50,072 nt of DNA from Syntrophomonadaceae bacterium. Lineage in GTDB: Bacteria > Bacillota > Dethiobacteria > DTU022. The stretch lies in NCBI GenBank assembly GCA_003550645.1, contig PUKV01000149.1, positions 1 to 50,072 on the forward strand. The letters run 5' to 3'. Shown in pieces: positions 35,129-45,878 of the stretch. The position numbers and the translations under genes are program-made. Position 1 is the first letter of the stretch. Every line of letters begins with the position of its first letter. Below the pieces are notes generated by a model. That model did not search any database, had not been told where the DNA came from, and worked only from the letters and a program-made list of their open reading frames with translations.

Positions 35129-36829
35129 CTATTTTTTGTCCTCTTTTTTGGGAGGAACTTCAATAATTATCGGTAAAATCATCGGTTTCCGGCCGGTATG
35201 GTTATAAAAATAATTTGCTGCCGAGTCCCTGATTCGCGACTTGATTTTGTTCCATTCCTGTATTTTCTGACGGTTGATCCGATCCATGGTTTTAGCCAGT
35301 TCCTCTTTTGCCCCTTCCAGCATATCCTCAGATTCCCGAACATAGACAAAACCACGGGTGATAATCTCGGGACCGGACAGGATCTTGTTTTTCGCAGGAT
35401 CCATGGCCAGGATAATAATCACAATCCCGTCTTCGGACAACATCTGGCGATCACGGATTACCACCTCACCAACATCACCGACGCCAAAACCGTCTACCAG
35501 GACCCTGCCGGCATTTATCGATCCGGCCATCCGACCCCAGCTGTCAGTAAATTCCATGACATTACCCGGTTTGGTCAAAAAAACACTTTCTTCCGGTATT
35601 CCCAGTTTGGAGGCGATCCTGGAACAGCCGGCCTGCTGGCGGTACTCACCGTGAACCGGTATAACATAGTCCGGACGGAGCAGGTTAAGCATTAACTTGA
35701 TTTCTTCTTCGCTGGCATGCCCGGAAACATGCACCCCGGAAACAGGTTTGTAAATAACTTCAGCTTTTAGCTGAAAGAGGTTGTTAACAGTCCTGGCTAC
35801 CAGCTTTTCATTACCCGGGATTGGATTGGCAGCAATTATAACGGTATCTCCCGGCTGGATATGGACCTGGCGATGTTCTGATTGAGAAATCCTGGTCAGG
35901 GCCGACATCGGCTCCCCCTGGCTGCCGGTGGTGATCAGGGCCACTTTCCCAGGTGGAAAATCTCTCACCTTGTCGGTATCAATGAGCAGCCCCTCTGGTA
36001 TCTTTAAATAACCCAGTTCTGTCGAAATATCGACCGAATTGACAATGCTTCGCCCAACCACGCACACTTTGCGGTCGTACCTGGCCGCCGCATCAATGAC
36101 CTGCTGGATGCGGTGGATATTGGAAGCAAATGTTGCCAGGATAATCCGGCTTTGCGAAAGACGAAAGATTTCGTTGATATTTTCGCCAACTTCTTTTTCC
36201 GAGAAGGTATACCCGGGCCGATCTGCGTTTGTGGAGTCGATCAGGGCCGCTATTACACCTTTTCGTCCCAGTTCAGCCAGTTTGTAATAGTCGGTAATTT
36301 TACCATCAACCGGGGTCTGATCGAACTTGAAGTCACTGGTATAAACCACTGTACCGATTGGGGTCTCAACCGCTACACCGACACAGTCGGGAATACTGTG
36401 ATTGGTCCTGAAGAAATCGAGCTTAAAATTATCAGAAAGGACCAGGCTTTGGTCGGGGTTGATTTCCCGCAGGTCGGAGTTTTTAAACGGGTTCTCCATG
36501 AACTTGGCTTCCAGCAAACCCAGGGTTAAACGGGTTCCATATAACGGAGCTTTTAACTCATCTATAATATAGGGGATAGCCCCGATATGGTCTTCATGCC
36601 CGTGAGTTAGGATAACCCCCAGGATGTTAAGTTCCTGCTCCAGCAGGTAAGAAGTGTCGGGGATAACTATGTCCACTCCCAGCATCGCTTCGTCCGGGAA
36701 TTTTAAACCGGCATCCAGGACAATACATTCTTTACCGTACTGCAGGGCAAACATATTCTTTCCGATTTCACCAACCCCACCCAGGGGGATCAGTTGTAAT
36801 CTATTATTCTTCTTGCCTTTTTTTCCCAA
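35129..36829 (-). CDS. rnj: Ribonuclease J
   Basis: 566 aa. Metallo-beta-lactamase HGHEDHIG, beta-CASP domain and C-terminal domain, with N-terminus LQLIPLGGVGEIGKNM. Confidence 0.93.
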   Translation of the reverse strand: MGKKGKKNNRLQLIPLGGVGEIGKNMFALQYGKECIVLDAGLKFPDEAMLGVDIVIPDTSYLLEQELNILGVILTHGHEDHIGAIPYIIDELKAPLYGTRLTLGLLEAKFMENPFKNSDLREINPDQSLVLSDNFKLDFFRTNHSIPDCVGVAVETPIGTVVYTSDFKFDQTPVDGKITDYYKLAELGRKGVIAALIDSTNADRPGYTFSEKEVGENINEIFRLSQSRIILATFASNIHRIQQVIDAAARYDRKVCVVGRSIVNSVDISTELGYLKIPEGLLIDTDKVRDFPPGKVALITTGSQGEPMSALTRISQSEHRQVHIQPGDTVIIAANPIPGNEKLVARTVNNLFQLKAEVIYKPVSGVHVSGHASEEEIKLMLNLLRPDYVIPVHGEYRQQAGCSRIASKLGIPEESVFLTKPGNVMEFTDSWGRMAGSINAGRVLVDGFGVGDVGEVVIRDRQMLSEDGIVIIILAMDPAKNKILSGPEIITRGFVYVRESEDMLEGAKEELAKTMDRINRQKIQEWNKIKSRIRDSAANYFYNHTGRKPMILPIIIEVPPKKEDKK

Positions 36830-36841
36830 AATATACCTCCA

Positions 36842-37300
36842 TTAGGACCTCCCTGTATGGCCGAAACCGCCATCACTGCGTTTGCTTGAGGGTAGTTCTG
36901 AAACTTCAGTTACTACAGCCCTGGATACAGGGCAAATAACCATCTGGGCAATCCGATCGCCCCTTTTTATCACGAAAGGGTGCTTTCCCAGGTTGATCAT
37001 GATCACCTTAATCTCACCGCGGTAATCCGAGTCGATTGTACCAGGCGAATTAAGGATTCCGATCCCGTTTTTTGCCGCCAGTCCGCTGCGAGGCCTGATT
37101 TGGAGCTCGTAACCGGAAGGAACTGCCGCTGTCAAGCCGGAAGCGATCAGGGCGATCTCTCCCGGAGCGATAGTTTTATCACTTTCGACCGCAGCATAGA
37201 GATCCATACCCGAGGCACCCTCTGTCATATAGCGGGGCAGAGGAATATCCGCTGCATGATCGGCCCGTTTCAGAGGCAGGGTTACCATTTCCTGATCCAA
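36842..37300 (-). CDS. dut: dUTP diphosphatase
   Basis: 152 aa. GASGMDL, RPRSGLA and GTIDSDYRGEI motifs. TTG start 9 nt after GGAGG. Confidence 0.93.
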   Translation of the reverse strand: MDQEMVTLPLKRADHAADIPLPRYMTEGASGMDLYAAVESDKTIAPGEIALIASGLTAAVPSGYELQIRPRSGLAAKNGIGILNSPGTIDSDYRGEIKVIMINLGKHPFVIKRGDRIAQMVICPVSRAVVTEVSELPSSKRSDGGFGHTGRS

Positions 37301-37343
37301 CTAATTTTACCTCCACAATAACTACTTGATGCTATCAAGACAC

Positions 37344-37369
37344 GCGGGGTGTTAAAATCTTCACCCCGC
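37344..37369 (-). terminator. GC-rich hairpin between pnp and dut (weak or partial terminator)
   Basis: 8-bp stem GCGGGGTG / CACCCCGC with a 10-nt loop. There is no clear U-tract on the - strand. Confidence 0.35.
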
Positions 37370-37427
37370 TTCTCTACCGCATATAAAAACCCTGAAAATC
37401 AGCTTATTCTATATCTTGTGGTCTTTA

Positions 37428-39608
37428 TTATTGTCCGGATTTGCCGCCGCGGGGAGGTTTTCCTCCACTACCGCGGGGTGGTCTGCTCCCCCCACGCGGC
37501 GGCCTTCCTCCCCCACCGGCACTGCCGCCTTCGGGCTTTTTGAGGAGGGCTTTCCTGGACAGGTCTATTCTTCCTTTATCATCGATATCAAGTACTTTAA
37601 CCTCGACTTCATCGCCAAGGTTAACCACATCTTCAGTTTTATCTACCCGGTGGTGATCGAGGTGTGATATGTGTAGCAGTCCTTCTTTGCCGGGCAGCAA
37701 TTCCACGAAAGCACCATAGCGCTCAACCCTGGTGACCTTACCCTTGTAGACTTCGCCGGGCTCGACTTCTTTAACCAGGGTTTCGATAGTTTCTTTAGCT
37801 TTTTTGCCGCCTTCGGGATCAACAGAAGCAATGAAAACCCTGCCATCCGGCTCGATATCGATGTCTACCCCGGTATCGGCAATAATCTTATTGATCATCT
37901 TGCCGCCCGGGCCAATGACATCCCTGATTTTATCTACCGGAATCTGGAGCCTGATCATCCGCGGTGCATTAGGTGAAAGTTCAGGCCGCGGTTCGCTGAT
38001 TACTTCATTCATCTTGCTTAAAATATATTTATAACCGGTGTCAGCCTGGTCCAGGGCGTCCTGCAGGATTTCTCTCGAAATACCCTTGATCTTGATATCC
38101 ATCTGCAGGGCCGTGATACCCTTGTCTGTCCCGGCAACTTTAAAGTCCATATCGCCCAGGAAGTCCTCAACTCCCTGGATATCGGACAGGATTACTACAT
38201 CGTCACCCTCTTTAATTAAACCCATCGCAATACCGCCAACTGCACGCTTAACCGGTACACCGGTGTCCATCATGGCCAGCGATGATGAACAAACACTGCC
38301 CATGGAAGTGGAGCCGTTTGATTCGAGTACTTCTGAAACCAGCCGTACGGTATAGGGAAACTCATCCTCTGAAGGCACTACCGGTTCCAGGGCCCTTTCT
38401 GCCAGGGCACCGTGCCCTATCTCCCTGCGGCCAGGTCCGCGCATAAAACCCGCTTCCCCAACGCTGTAGGGCGGGAAGTTATAGTGATGCATAAAACGTT
38501 TAGATTCTTCCAGGCCCAGGCCATCTATAACCTGGACATCTCTTAGAGCGGAAAGGGTGCAAATACTGAGGACCTGGGTCTGGCCGCGGGTAAAGACGGC
38601 CGATCCGTGGGTCCGGGGCAGGACCGGCGCTTCGCAGGTTATTGGCCTGATTTCTTCCGGTTTGCGCCCATCTGCCCGCAAAGCCCGGTTTATAACCATC
38701 CCGCGCAGGGTTTCTTTGAGGACGTTTTCGAAAATCTTACCGATTTCGGTTTCATTTTCCGGGTATTCCTCCAGGAACCTGTCCAGGATTTCAGTTTTAA
38801 AAGCGGCCAGCCTGTCTTCGCGTTCCTGTTTATCAGAAATCTGGAGAGCCTCGCTGATTCCTTCTTTGATAGCCGGTTCCACTTCTTCCACCATTGCTGC
38901 AGATAGTTCAATTTCAGGGACTTCCATTTTTTCCGTCCCGCAGTCTTCAACCATCTGTTCTTCAATGGCAACAATCTCCTTGATGGTTTCATGTCCGGCT
39001 TCGATACATTTCAATACCTCTTCTTTACTGATTTCCTGGGCGCCGGCTTCCACCATCATAACCGCATCTTTGGTTCCGGCCAGCATCAGGTGCAGATCGC
39101 TCTGCTGCAGCTGCTCCTGGTCGGGATTGACCACCGGTTCACCATCGATAAGCCCAACAATGACAGCGGCTACCGGACCGGCGAAAGGTATTTTTGATAT
39201 GGACAGGGCTGCAGAAGCCCCGATGATAGAAAGCGGTTCGGGGGGGCAATCCTGGTCCATCGAAAGGACCGTGCTCACTATGTGGACGGAGTTACGAAAT
39301 GTCTTCGGAAAAAGAGGCCGCAAAGACCGGTCGGTCAGGCGGCAGCCCAGGATCGCCCTTTCGGTAGGGCGGCCTTCGCGTTTGATAAAACCGCCGGGGA
39401 TCCTGCCCACGGCATAAAGCCTTTCTTCATAATCTACGGTTAAAGGAAAAAAGTCGACTCCTTCACGCGGTTGATCAGATCCTGTAGCCGTTACAAGGAC
39501 CACGGTGTCTCCGTAACTGACCAGCACGGCACCGCTGGCCTGTTTGGCCAATCGGCCGGTTTCCAGGGTCATAGTTCTTCCCTGCAGTTCCATGGTATAA
39601 GATTGCAT
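37428..39608 (-). CDS. pnp: Polyribonucleotide nucleotidyltransferase (PNPase) with a Gly/Arg/Pro-rich C-terminal tail
   Basis: 726 aa. Two RNase PH domains, a KH domain ([11 protein letters not shown]), an S1 domain ([15 protein letters not shown]), and the tail [29 protein letters not shown]. Confidence 0.96.
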   Translation of the reverse strand: MQSYTMELQGRTMTLETGRLAKQASGAVLVSYGDTVVLVTATGSDQPREGVDFFPLTVDYEERLYAVGRIPGGFIKREGRPTERAILGCRLTDRSLRPLFPKTFRNSVHIVSTVLSMDQDCPPEPLSIIGASAALSISKIPFAGPVAAVIVGLIDGEPVVNPDQEQLQQSDLHLMLAGTKDAVMMVEAGAQEISKEEVLKCIEAGHETIKEIVAIEEQMVEDCGTEKMEVPEIELSAAMVEEVEPAIKEGISEALQISDKQEREDRLAAFKTEILDRFLEEYPENETEIGKIFENVLKETLRGMVINRALRADGRKPEEIRPITCEAPVLPRTHGSAVFTRGQTQVLSICTLSALRDVQVIDGLGLEESKRFMHHYNFPPYSVGEAGFMRGPGRREIGHGALAERALEPVVPSEDEFPYTVRLVSEVLESNGSTSMGSVCSSSLAMMDTGVPVKRAVGGIAMGLIKEGDDVVILSDIQGVEDFLGDMDFKVAGTDKGITALQMDIKIKGISREILQDALDQADTGYKYILSKMNEVISEPRPELSPNAPRMIRLQIPVDKIRDVIGPGGKMINKIIADTGVDIDIEPDGRVFIASVDPEGGKKAKETIETLVKEVEPGEVYKGKVTRVERYGAFVELLPGKEGLLHISHLDHHRVDKTEDVVNLGDEVEVKVLDIDDKGRIDLSRKALLKKPEGGSAGGGGRPPRGGSRPPRGSGGKPPRGGKSGQ

Positions 39609-39645
39609 ATGCTGATACTCCTCTCAACTACTCAAGTTTTACAAC

Positions 39646-39672
39646 TAAAACACGGGGGTAAGCCCCCCGCGC
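39646..39672 (-). terminator. rpsO terminator / pnp leader hairpin
   Basis: On the - strand: a GCGCGGGGGG-CTTA-CCCCCGTGT hairpin followed by TTTAG, in the classic rpsO-pnp spacer. Confidence 0.5.
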
Positions 39673-39683
39673 TAACTGGTCCT

Positions 39684-39950
39684 TTATTTTCGTAAGCCCA
39701 ACCTTTTTAACAGTTCCTGGTAGCGTTCAGGAGAGTTTTCACGCAAATAATTAAGCAAACCTCTCCTGCGGCCTACCATTTTTAAAAGTCCCCGCTGGGA
39801 ATGATAATCCTTTTTGTGGGTCTTCAGGTGTTCGGTAAGATAATTGATTCTGGCTGTCAGCAGCGCAATCTGAACTTCCGGAGAACCGGTGTCCCCTTCG
39901 TGCCTTTTGTACTGCTCAATAATCTCCTGTTTTCTTTCCTGTTCAAGCAT
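39684..39950 (-). CDS. rpsO: 30S ribosomal protein S15
   Basis: 88 aa. [45 protein letters not shown]. Confidence 0.96.
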   Translation of the reverse strand: MLEQERKQEIIEQYKRHEGDTGSPEVQIALLTARINYLTEHLKTHKKDYHSQRGLLKMVGRRRGLLNYLRENSPERYQELLKRLGLRK

Positions 39951-40029
39951 TACATAATCCTCCCTATTTTTAATCGCCGCTTACCAAGTACAGCGTCGGG
40001 AGATCGCCACACCTAGCCAGCGGTTCCAA

Positions 40030-41025
40030 CTAAAGCGATCTTAGCACACTGGATCCGGCTTGTAAAGAATTGTTACTGCTGCTCTTTTCCCGGTCCAGTT
40101 TTTCAATAATCATCCGGCCCGTTTCAATATCACTGCTGATCTGGTCTTTCAACTGGCGGGGGGTGCTAAATGTTTTTGTATCCCGCAGCTTGTGGAGAAA
40201 ACTGATGCGGATCTCGTGGTTATAGATGGTTCCGTTAAAATCTAAAATATGTGTTTCCACAGCAGTGCGGTGGTCCGCAAAGGTCGGCCTTGATCCAACA
40301 TTGGTCACCCCATAATGAAACCCTTCGTTTAACCGGTCTACGGAAGTTAAATATACTCCCCTGCCGGGCCAGAGCAGACGTGAAGAGGTGGCGATATTGG
40401 CGGTGGGATAAACCATTTCTTTGCCAACCCCGTACCCCTTGATCACCTTGCCCTGCCTAAAAAAGTAGTAATTTAAAAGTTCGGCGGCTTCACTGACGCA
40501 GCCGGACAGAAGCATAGACCTGATTTTTGAACTGCTTACCTCTCTGCCCGTAAACTTCAGCATCGGGTTAACATGCACAATAAAACTAAGCTCTTTACCC
40601 CAGTAAATAAGGGTCTCGGCGCTGCCTGTACCCTGCTTGCCAAAAGAATAATTTTCACCAACAAAAACCCCGCTCACACCCAGTTTGCCGATCAAAATCC
40701 GGCGGATAAATTGTTCCGGTGTAAGCGAAGCAATAGCTCCGGTGAAGGGTTCCACAATAAGATAATCAAGACACAGCCGGTCCATAATCTCGGCCCGGTC
40801 GGCAATATCGGTCAGTAAAATCAGGGGGTGTTCCGGCCTGAGGGCAACCAGGGGGTGGGGATCAAACACCAGGGCGGCGCTTAAACCTCCTGTTTGCCGG
40901 GCTTTAGCCACCGCCGAACTCAATATGGCCTGGTGCCCCCGGTGAACGCCATCAAAATTACCGAGCGCCAAAAAAAGCGGGCCAGCTTTTTCCGGCAGCC
41001 GGTCAGCGCCGTTAATTAACTCCAT
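40030..41025 (-). CDS. ribF: Bifunctional riboflavin kinase / FMN adenylyltransferase
   Basis: Trimmed to ATG 41025, 6 nt after AAAGGTGAT. ALGNFDGVHRGHQ, the FAD synthetase domain and the riboflavin kinase domain (PTANI..., GVY) are present. Confidence 0.9.
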   Translation of the reverse strand: MELINGADRLPEKAGPLFLALGNFDGVHRGHQAILSSAVAKARQTGGLSAALVFDPHPLVALRPEHPLILLTDIADRAEIMDRLCLDYLIVEPFTGAIASLTPEQFIRRILIGKLGVSGVFVGENYSFGKQGTGSAETLIYWGKELSFIVHVNPMLKFTGREVSSSKIRSMLLSGCVSEAAELLNYYFFRQGKVIKGYGVGKEMVYPTANIATSSRLLWPGRGVYLTSVDRLNEGFHYGVTNVGSRPTFADHRTAVETHILDFNGTIYNHEIRISFLHKLRDTKTFSTPRQLKDQISSDIETGRMIIEKLDREKSSSNNSLQAGSSVLRSL

Positions 41026-41114
41026 GAGCCAATCACCTTTCTGTTTAAGCCTGGATAAATTTTTTAACACTGCTGTTTATGTCTTTGCCGGGTTTGAAGC
41101 AGTAAAGACAATAG

Positions 41115-42038
41115 TCATGATGACAGGTACTTCAAGGTCTTTAACCTGGCCCCTGTTCTCCCTTTTTCCATGCGGGCGATTGCTTTAAAACTGCCGTCTC
41201 TGTCATAAATCCTGACCTTTTCGCCCATGCCACCTTCTTCAGGCTCTTCCTTTATTTCAGGGACTTCGATCTCAACTAACTGGCCGTTTTTCAAGGCTTT
41301 TACCTTCACCTGGTCAAGGTAAAGGGCCGGCATGAGGGTCAGGGCGGAGTCCATGGGTTTGATCAACTCGCCTGCTCGCTCCTCCCGGCTCAGGTGTTCG
41401 ATCATTTCCGGTGTAAAAGCGCTGTCAAGAGTAAAAGGCCCCACCGCCAGGCGGGTCAGCGCCTGAAGGTGGCCGCCGCAGCCGATGGCATGGCCTATAT
41501 CTACAGCCAGCGTCCGGATATAAGTTCCTTTCGAGCACTGCACCTCAACTACCAGCTGGGGCTCGCGTTCAGGATTGAATTCCAGCAGTTCGATCCGGTA
41601 AATTTCAGCCCGGCGAGTTTTGCGCGGCACCTCCTTCCCGCTCCTGGTCCAGCGGTAAAGAGGCTTTCCCTGGTATTTAACGGCCGAATAAAGAGGCGGG
41701 ATCTGCTCTATACTACCCTGGAACCCGGACAGGGTCTCTTCGACCCGGCTCCGTTCCAGCCTGGGAACCGGCCATGAACCGGTTACGGTTCCCGCAGAAT
41801 CTTCCGTATCGGTGGTTTTGCCCAGGGTAACGGCGGCACGGTATGTTTTAGGATGCTCCATAATATACTCGGCTATACGGGTGGCCCGGCCCAGGCATAC
41901 CGGCAGTACACCGGTAGCAACCGGGTCGAGGGTTCCGGAATGGCCTGCTTTTACACCGGGAAACAGCCGGCGTATCAGCTGTACTACCTGGTGCGAAGTA
42001 ACCCCGTATGACTTGTTAACAACTATAATGCCGTCCAC
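41115..42038 (-). CDS. truB: tRNA pseudouridine(55) synthase
   Basis: 307 aa. MDGIIVVNKSYGVTSH, catalytic GHSGTLDPVATGVL, and a PUA-like C-terminus. Confidence 0.93.
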   Translation of the reverse strand: MDGIIVVNKSYGVTSHQVVQLIRRLFPGVKAGHSGTLDPVATGVLPVCLGRATRIAEYIMEHPKTYRAAVTLGKTTDTEDSAGTVTGSWPVPRLERSRVEETLSGFQGSIEQIPPLYSAVKYQGKPLYRWTRSGKEVPRKTRRAEIYRIELLEFNPEREPQLVVEVQCSKGTYIRTLAVDIGHAIGCGGHLQALTRLAVGPFTLDSAFTPEMIEHLSREERAGELIKPMDSALTLMPALYLDQVKVKALKNGQLVEIEVPEIKEEPEEGGMGEKVRIYDRDGSFKAIARMEKGRTGARLKTLKYLSS

Positions 42039-42050
42039 TGCACCGTTCCT

Positions 42051-43037
42051 TTAACCAGTTTGGCCTTTCAGCATCTTCAGGGATTCTGCAAGCACCTTTT
42101 CTTTTACAGTCCCGTAATCTTCATACAGGCGGCATCCAGCCGCCCTGGCATGCCCGCCTCCGTTCAGGCGGCCGGCTAAAACGCTGACATCCACTGTTTT
42201 AGAACGAAATCCCACTTTTACCTCACCGCCATTTTCGACGTAGAACAAGATCCCCAGCTCGATTCCCTCGATATTGCGGGTATAATTGACGATTCCCTCG
42301 AGCTCATCTGCCGAGGCTCCACTGCGCTGCCTGATATCCTTACTCAAGGTCATCACCGCTATCTTCCGGTTTCCATACATTTCAAGACTGGAAATAGCCT
42401 CCCTGAGCATAACATAAAATGACAGGGGCCGTTCGTCAAAAATACGCTGCGACAGGGCTCCCGGGCTCAACCCCTTGTCCAGGAGCCCGGCAACAACCCG
42501 GTGAGTACCGGGCATGGTATTTTCATATTTGAATGAACCCGTGTCTGTAGAAATGGCGACATAAAGAGCTTCGGCAACATAATAATCGATCGGTGCGCCG
42601 ATCTCTTTTAAAAGGTGGTAGATAATCTCCCCGGTTGCTGAAGCATCTGAATCTACCAGGTTTAAAGTGCCAAACCACTGGTTGGTTACATGGTGATCGA
42701 TATTGATTATCGTCCGGCATTCCATGAACGATTCTTTAAAAATGCCCAGCCTGTCTGCATCACTGCTGTCAAGAATTACCGCTGTAATCCCGGGATCGCA
42801 GTCTTCGATGTCATGCTTTACCTGCCCTGCTCCTTTTAAAAAACTGTATTTGCGGGGGATATAACCGGGGGTGAACATCCTGACCTGCTTACCCATGCTC
42901 TTTAACCCTTCGCCCATAGCCAGCAGGGACCCGATGCTGTCACCATCGGGCTGCATGTGTGATATAAGGTAAAAATGATCCGCTTCCTTTAAAACCTCAA
43001 TGATCTTGTCCCGATCCGTTTTCATGGCCGTTATCAT
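42051..43037 (-). CDS. nrnA: DHH/DHHA1 phosphoesterase (NrnA-like nanoRNase / pAp phosphatase)
   Basis: 328 aa. HMQPDGDSIGS, DHH motif (NIDHHVTN) and DHHA1 motif GGGHARAAG. Confidence 0.85.
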   Translation of the reverse strand: MITAMKTDRDKIIEVLKEADHFYLISHMQPDGDSIGSLLAMGEGLKSMGKQVRMFTPGYIPRKYSFLKGAGQVKHDIEDCDPGITAVILDSSDADRLGIFKESFMECRTIINIDHHVTNQWFGTLNLVDSDASATGEIIYHLLKEIGAPIDYYVAEALYVAISTDTGSFKYENTMPGTHRVVAGLLDKGLSPGALSQRIFDERPLSFYVMLREAISSLEMYGNRKIAVMTLSKDIRQRSGASADELEGIVNYTRNIEGIELGILFYVENGGEVKVGFRSKTVDVSVLAGRLNGGGHARAAGCRLYEDYGTVKEKVLAESLKMLKGQTG

Positions 43038-43383
43038 CTTCTTCTTTCAGTGATTTTATAACCCTTTCTATGTAGGCTCCGTATTCAATAGAATTATCCA
43101 GCCTAAAATTTATTTCTGGAGTATGTCTCAGCCGGATTCGCTTCCCGATCTCACTGCGAATAAACCCGGCCGCCCTGTTTAAAGCCTGCAGGGTTTCCTC
43201 TTTTTCCGCCTCACTGCCGTAAATACTGACATATACCGAGGCATGACGCAAATCCCTGGACAGACTGACATCGGTCACACTGGTGAGGTTCGCCACTCCC
43301 GGATCTTTTATTTCATAATTGATAATCCCGCCTATATCTTTTTTAATTTGCTCAGCAACCCGCCGTACTCTGTTTTCTGACAT
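42997..43383 (-). CDS. rbfA: Ribosome-binding factor A
   Basis: Trimmed to ATG 43383, 7 nt after GGGAGGG. RVAEQIKKDIGGII, VTDVSLSRDLRHASVYVS and LRHTPEINF. The 3' end overlaps the DHH gene start. Confidence 0.9.
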   Translation of the reverse strand: MSENRVRRVAEQIKKDIGGIINYEIKDPGVANLTSVTDVSLSRDLRHASVYVSIYGSEAEKEETLQALNRAAGFIRSEIGKRIRLRHTPEINFRLDNSIEYGAYIERVIKSLKEEDDNGHENGSGQDH

Positions 43384-43431
43384 GACCAAACCCTCCCACT
43401 GGCACAATATACGGCCTATATATATTAAAGC

Positions 43432-45564
43432 CTAGCGAGCAACCTGCTCCATGACGTAAGCTTCAATAATATCTCCTTCTTGCAGGTCGTTAAAGTTTTC
43501 CAGCAGAATCCCGCATTCATAACCGGATGACACTTCGCGAACATCATCTTTAAACCGCTTCAGCGAAGCGATGCTGCCTGAATCATGCACAACGGTCCCG
43601 TCGCGGATAACCCGGACCAGGGAATTGCGGGTAACTTTACCTTCCAGGACATATGATCCGGCAATATTGCCCAGTTTTGATGCCTTGAATACCTGCCTCA
43701 CTTCTACCTGCCCCTGGATTACCTCTTTCATTTCCGGTTTAAGCATACCCTTTACTGCTGCCTGGATATCTTCGATTGCTTCGTAAATAATCCGGTACAA
43801 CCGAACATCTACCTGGTTCTTTTCGGCCAGTTTCCGGGCATTGCTGTCGGGACGGACATTAAAGCCGATCACAATAGCATTCGACGCCGAAGCCAGCATA
43901 ATGTCAGACTCATTGATCGCACCAACCCCGGTATGGATTATTTTGATCTGGACCTCATCGAGGCTGAGCTTGGCCAGGGCATCTTTCAAGGCTTCCAGTG
44001 AACCCTGCACGTCAGCCTTAAGGATCAGGTTTAGATCTTTGACTTCACCCTCCTGGATTTGCTTGAAAAGATCATCAAGCGTCACTCTCTGCACTTTTCG
44101 GCTGGCTTCCTTAATTTTTTCAGTCCTTTTAGCCGCAACATCACGGGCCACCCGTTCGCTGCTTACAGCCTGGAAACTATCTCCGGCCATGGGCACGTCA
44201 TTTAAGCCAAGGATCTCAACCGGTGTCGCCGGACCCGCCGATTCAGCTTTATCACCATGTTCATTAAACATGGCCCGGATTTTACCGGCAATGGAGCCGC
44301 AAATAATCGGCTCGCCTACATGCAGGGTCCCGTCCTGGACCAGGACAGTTGCCACCGGGCCGCGCCCCTTGTCCAGGTTGGCTTCTACAACCGTCCCCCG
44401 GGCCAACCGATCCGGTGATGCTTTCAGCTCGCAGACCTCAGCGAGCAGGGTGACCATTTCCAGGAGTTCATCCAGTCCCTCACCCCTGATGGCGCTGACC
44501 GGGACCATGATCGTATCACCGCCCCATTCTTCCGGGACCAATCCATGTTCCGACAGCTGTTGTTTAACCCGGTCCGGGTTGGCTTCGGGCTTATCCATCT
44601 TGTTAATAGCTACCATTATCGATACTCCCGCCGCCTTGGCGTGGTTAATCGCTTCTACTGTTTGGGGCATAACTCCGTCATCGGCTGCGACACCCAGGAT
44701 GGCGATATCAGTTACCTGGGCCCCGCGGGCCCGCATGGCAGTAAAAGCCTCATGGCCCGGGGTGTCAAGGAAGACAACTTTACTGTCGTTGACACTAACC
44801 TGGTAGGCCCCGATATGCTGGGTTATACCGCCCACCTCTCCGGAAATCACGTTGGCGCTGCGTATGGCATCCAGCAGCAGGGTTTTACCGTGATCGACAT
44901 GACCGAGCACGGTCACAACCGGTTTGCGGGGGACTTCTTCAATCCCTTCTTCATCTTCACCTTCGCGGACGGCCAGAAGTTCCTCTTCCAGTTCATCTTC
45001 GATATAATCAACTTCAAAGCCGTGCTCCTCAGCGATCAGTTCGACAGTATCGGGGGTTAAAGGTTGGTTGATACTGGCCATTACGCCCATTTCCATCAAT
45101 TCGGTTATTAACTGCGGGGGAGTAATATCCAGCTTCGAGGCCAGTTCAGCGACTGTCACCTGCCCTTCGAACCTAATTTTTGGTTTCTGGGCTTTGAGCA
45201 TAGCCGCTCTTTTTTCTTCCTGGATCATTTTACGGGCTTTGCGGCCTAAACTTTTTTGTTCCTGTCCTCCAGCCTCTTCTTTATCTTTTGGTTTGGCCTT
45301 CTTACTCTCAACCGCAGCTTCAGCAGCTTCGGCTCCTGGCTTTTCTTTTTGAGCAGTCTTTTGTCCTGAAGCTTTCTTGTCCTCTTCAGGTTTTTTTTCA
45401 CCACTTTTTCCGGTTAAGATGGACATCACTTTTTTAGCTTCATCATCTGTCAAAGTGCTCATGTGGTTATTAACTGCTATGTCCATATCTTCCATAACTT
45501 CGATCAGCTTCTTACTGGTAGTCCCCAGCTCTTTTGCCAGTTGATAGACTCTCACTTTGCTCAC
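43432..45564 (-). CDS. infB: Translation initiation factor IF-2
   Basis: 710 aa. [15 protein letters not shown]-terminus and G domain ([24 protein letters not shown]). Confidence 0.96.
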   Translation of the reverse strand: MSKVRVYQLAKELGTTSKKLIEVMEDMDIAVNNHMSTLTDDEAKKVMSILTGKSGEKKPEEDKKASGQKTAQKEKPGAEAAEAAVESKKAKPKDKEEAGGQEQKSLGRKARKMIQEEKRAAMLKAQKPKIRFEGQVTVAELASKLDITPPQLITELMEMGVMASINQPLTPDTVELIAEEHGFEVDYIEDELEEELLAVREGEDEEGIEEVPRKPVVTVLGHVDHGKTLLLDAIRSANVISGEVGGITQHIGAYQVSVNDSKVVFLDTPGHEAFTAMRARGAQVTDIAILGVAADDGVMPQTVEAINHAKAAGVSIMVAINKMDKPEANPDRVKQQLSEHGLVPEEWGGDTIMVPVSAIRGEGLDELLEMVTLLAEVCELKASPDRLARGTVVEANLDKGRGPVATVLVQDGTLHVGEPIICGSIAGKIRAMFNEHGDKAESAGPATPVEILGLNDVPMAGDSFQAVSSERVARDVAAKRTEKIKEASRKVQRVTLDDLFKQIQEGEVKDLNLILKADVQGSLEALKDALAKLSLDEVQIKIIHTGVGAINESDIMLASASNAIVIGFNVRPDSNARKLAEKNQVDVRLYRIIYEAIEDIQAAVKGMLKPEMKEVIQGQVEVRQVFKASKLGNIAGSYVLEGKVTRNSLVRVIRDGTVVHDSGSIASLKRFKDDVREVSSGYECGILLENFNDLQEGDIIEAYVMEQVAR

Positions 45565-45596
45565 CTATAACACCTCCATAAAGTAAGCCCTCCCTG

Positions 45597-45878
45597 TTAT
45601 AATTCACTCTCTTCTTGTTTAAGAGTTTCTGCTATTTCATTAATCAGTTCAGACGAAATCGGCTGCTGCAGATTCCTTTCCAGGCGCTTGCCTTTAAGCG
45701 CTTTTTTAAAACAATCTTCCCGCGGGCAAATATAAGCTCCCCGGCCGGGTTTCTTCCCGGTCGTATCGAGCACAACTTCGTTTTCAGGCGTCCGGACCAG
45801 GCGCACCAGTTCTTTTTTGGGTAATTTTTCCCGACATCCGATACAAACCCGCAGGGGGATCTTTTTTTGCTTACTCAT
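45597..45878 (-). CDS. ylxR: YlxR-family (DUF448) RNA-binding protein
   Basis: Trimmed to ATG 45878, overlapping the nusA stop. PLRVCIGCREKLPKKELVRLV...GRGAYIC signature. Confidence 0.85.
   Translation of the reverse strand: MSKQKKIPLRVCIGCREKLPKKELVRLVRTPENEVVLDTTGKKPGRGAYICPREDCFKKALKGKRLERNLQQPISSELINEIAETLKQEESEL

Noticed and set aside
38557-39417. Long antisense ORFs inside conserved genes: 286 aa opposite pnp, 321 aa at 43841-44806 opposite infB, 200 aa at 30974-31576 opposite ftsK, 192 aa at 9245-9823 opposite leuA, and 201 aa at 33695-34300 opposite fbp
   Set aside because: They are low-complexity, Ser/Pro/Arg/Ile-rich shadow frames of strongly conserved genes, with no RBS and no motifs. 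This is typical codon-bias mirroring.
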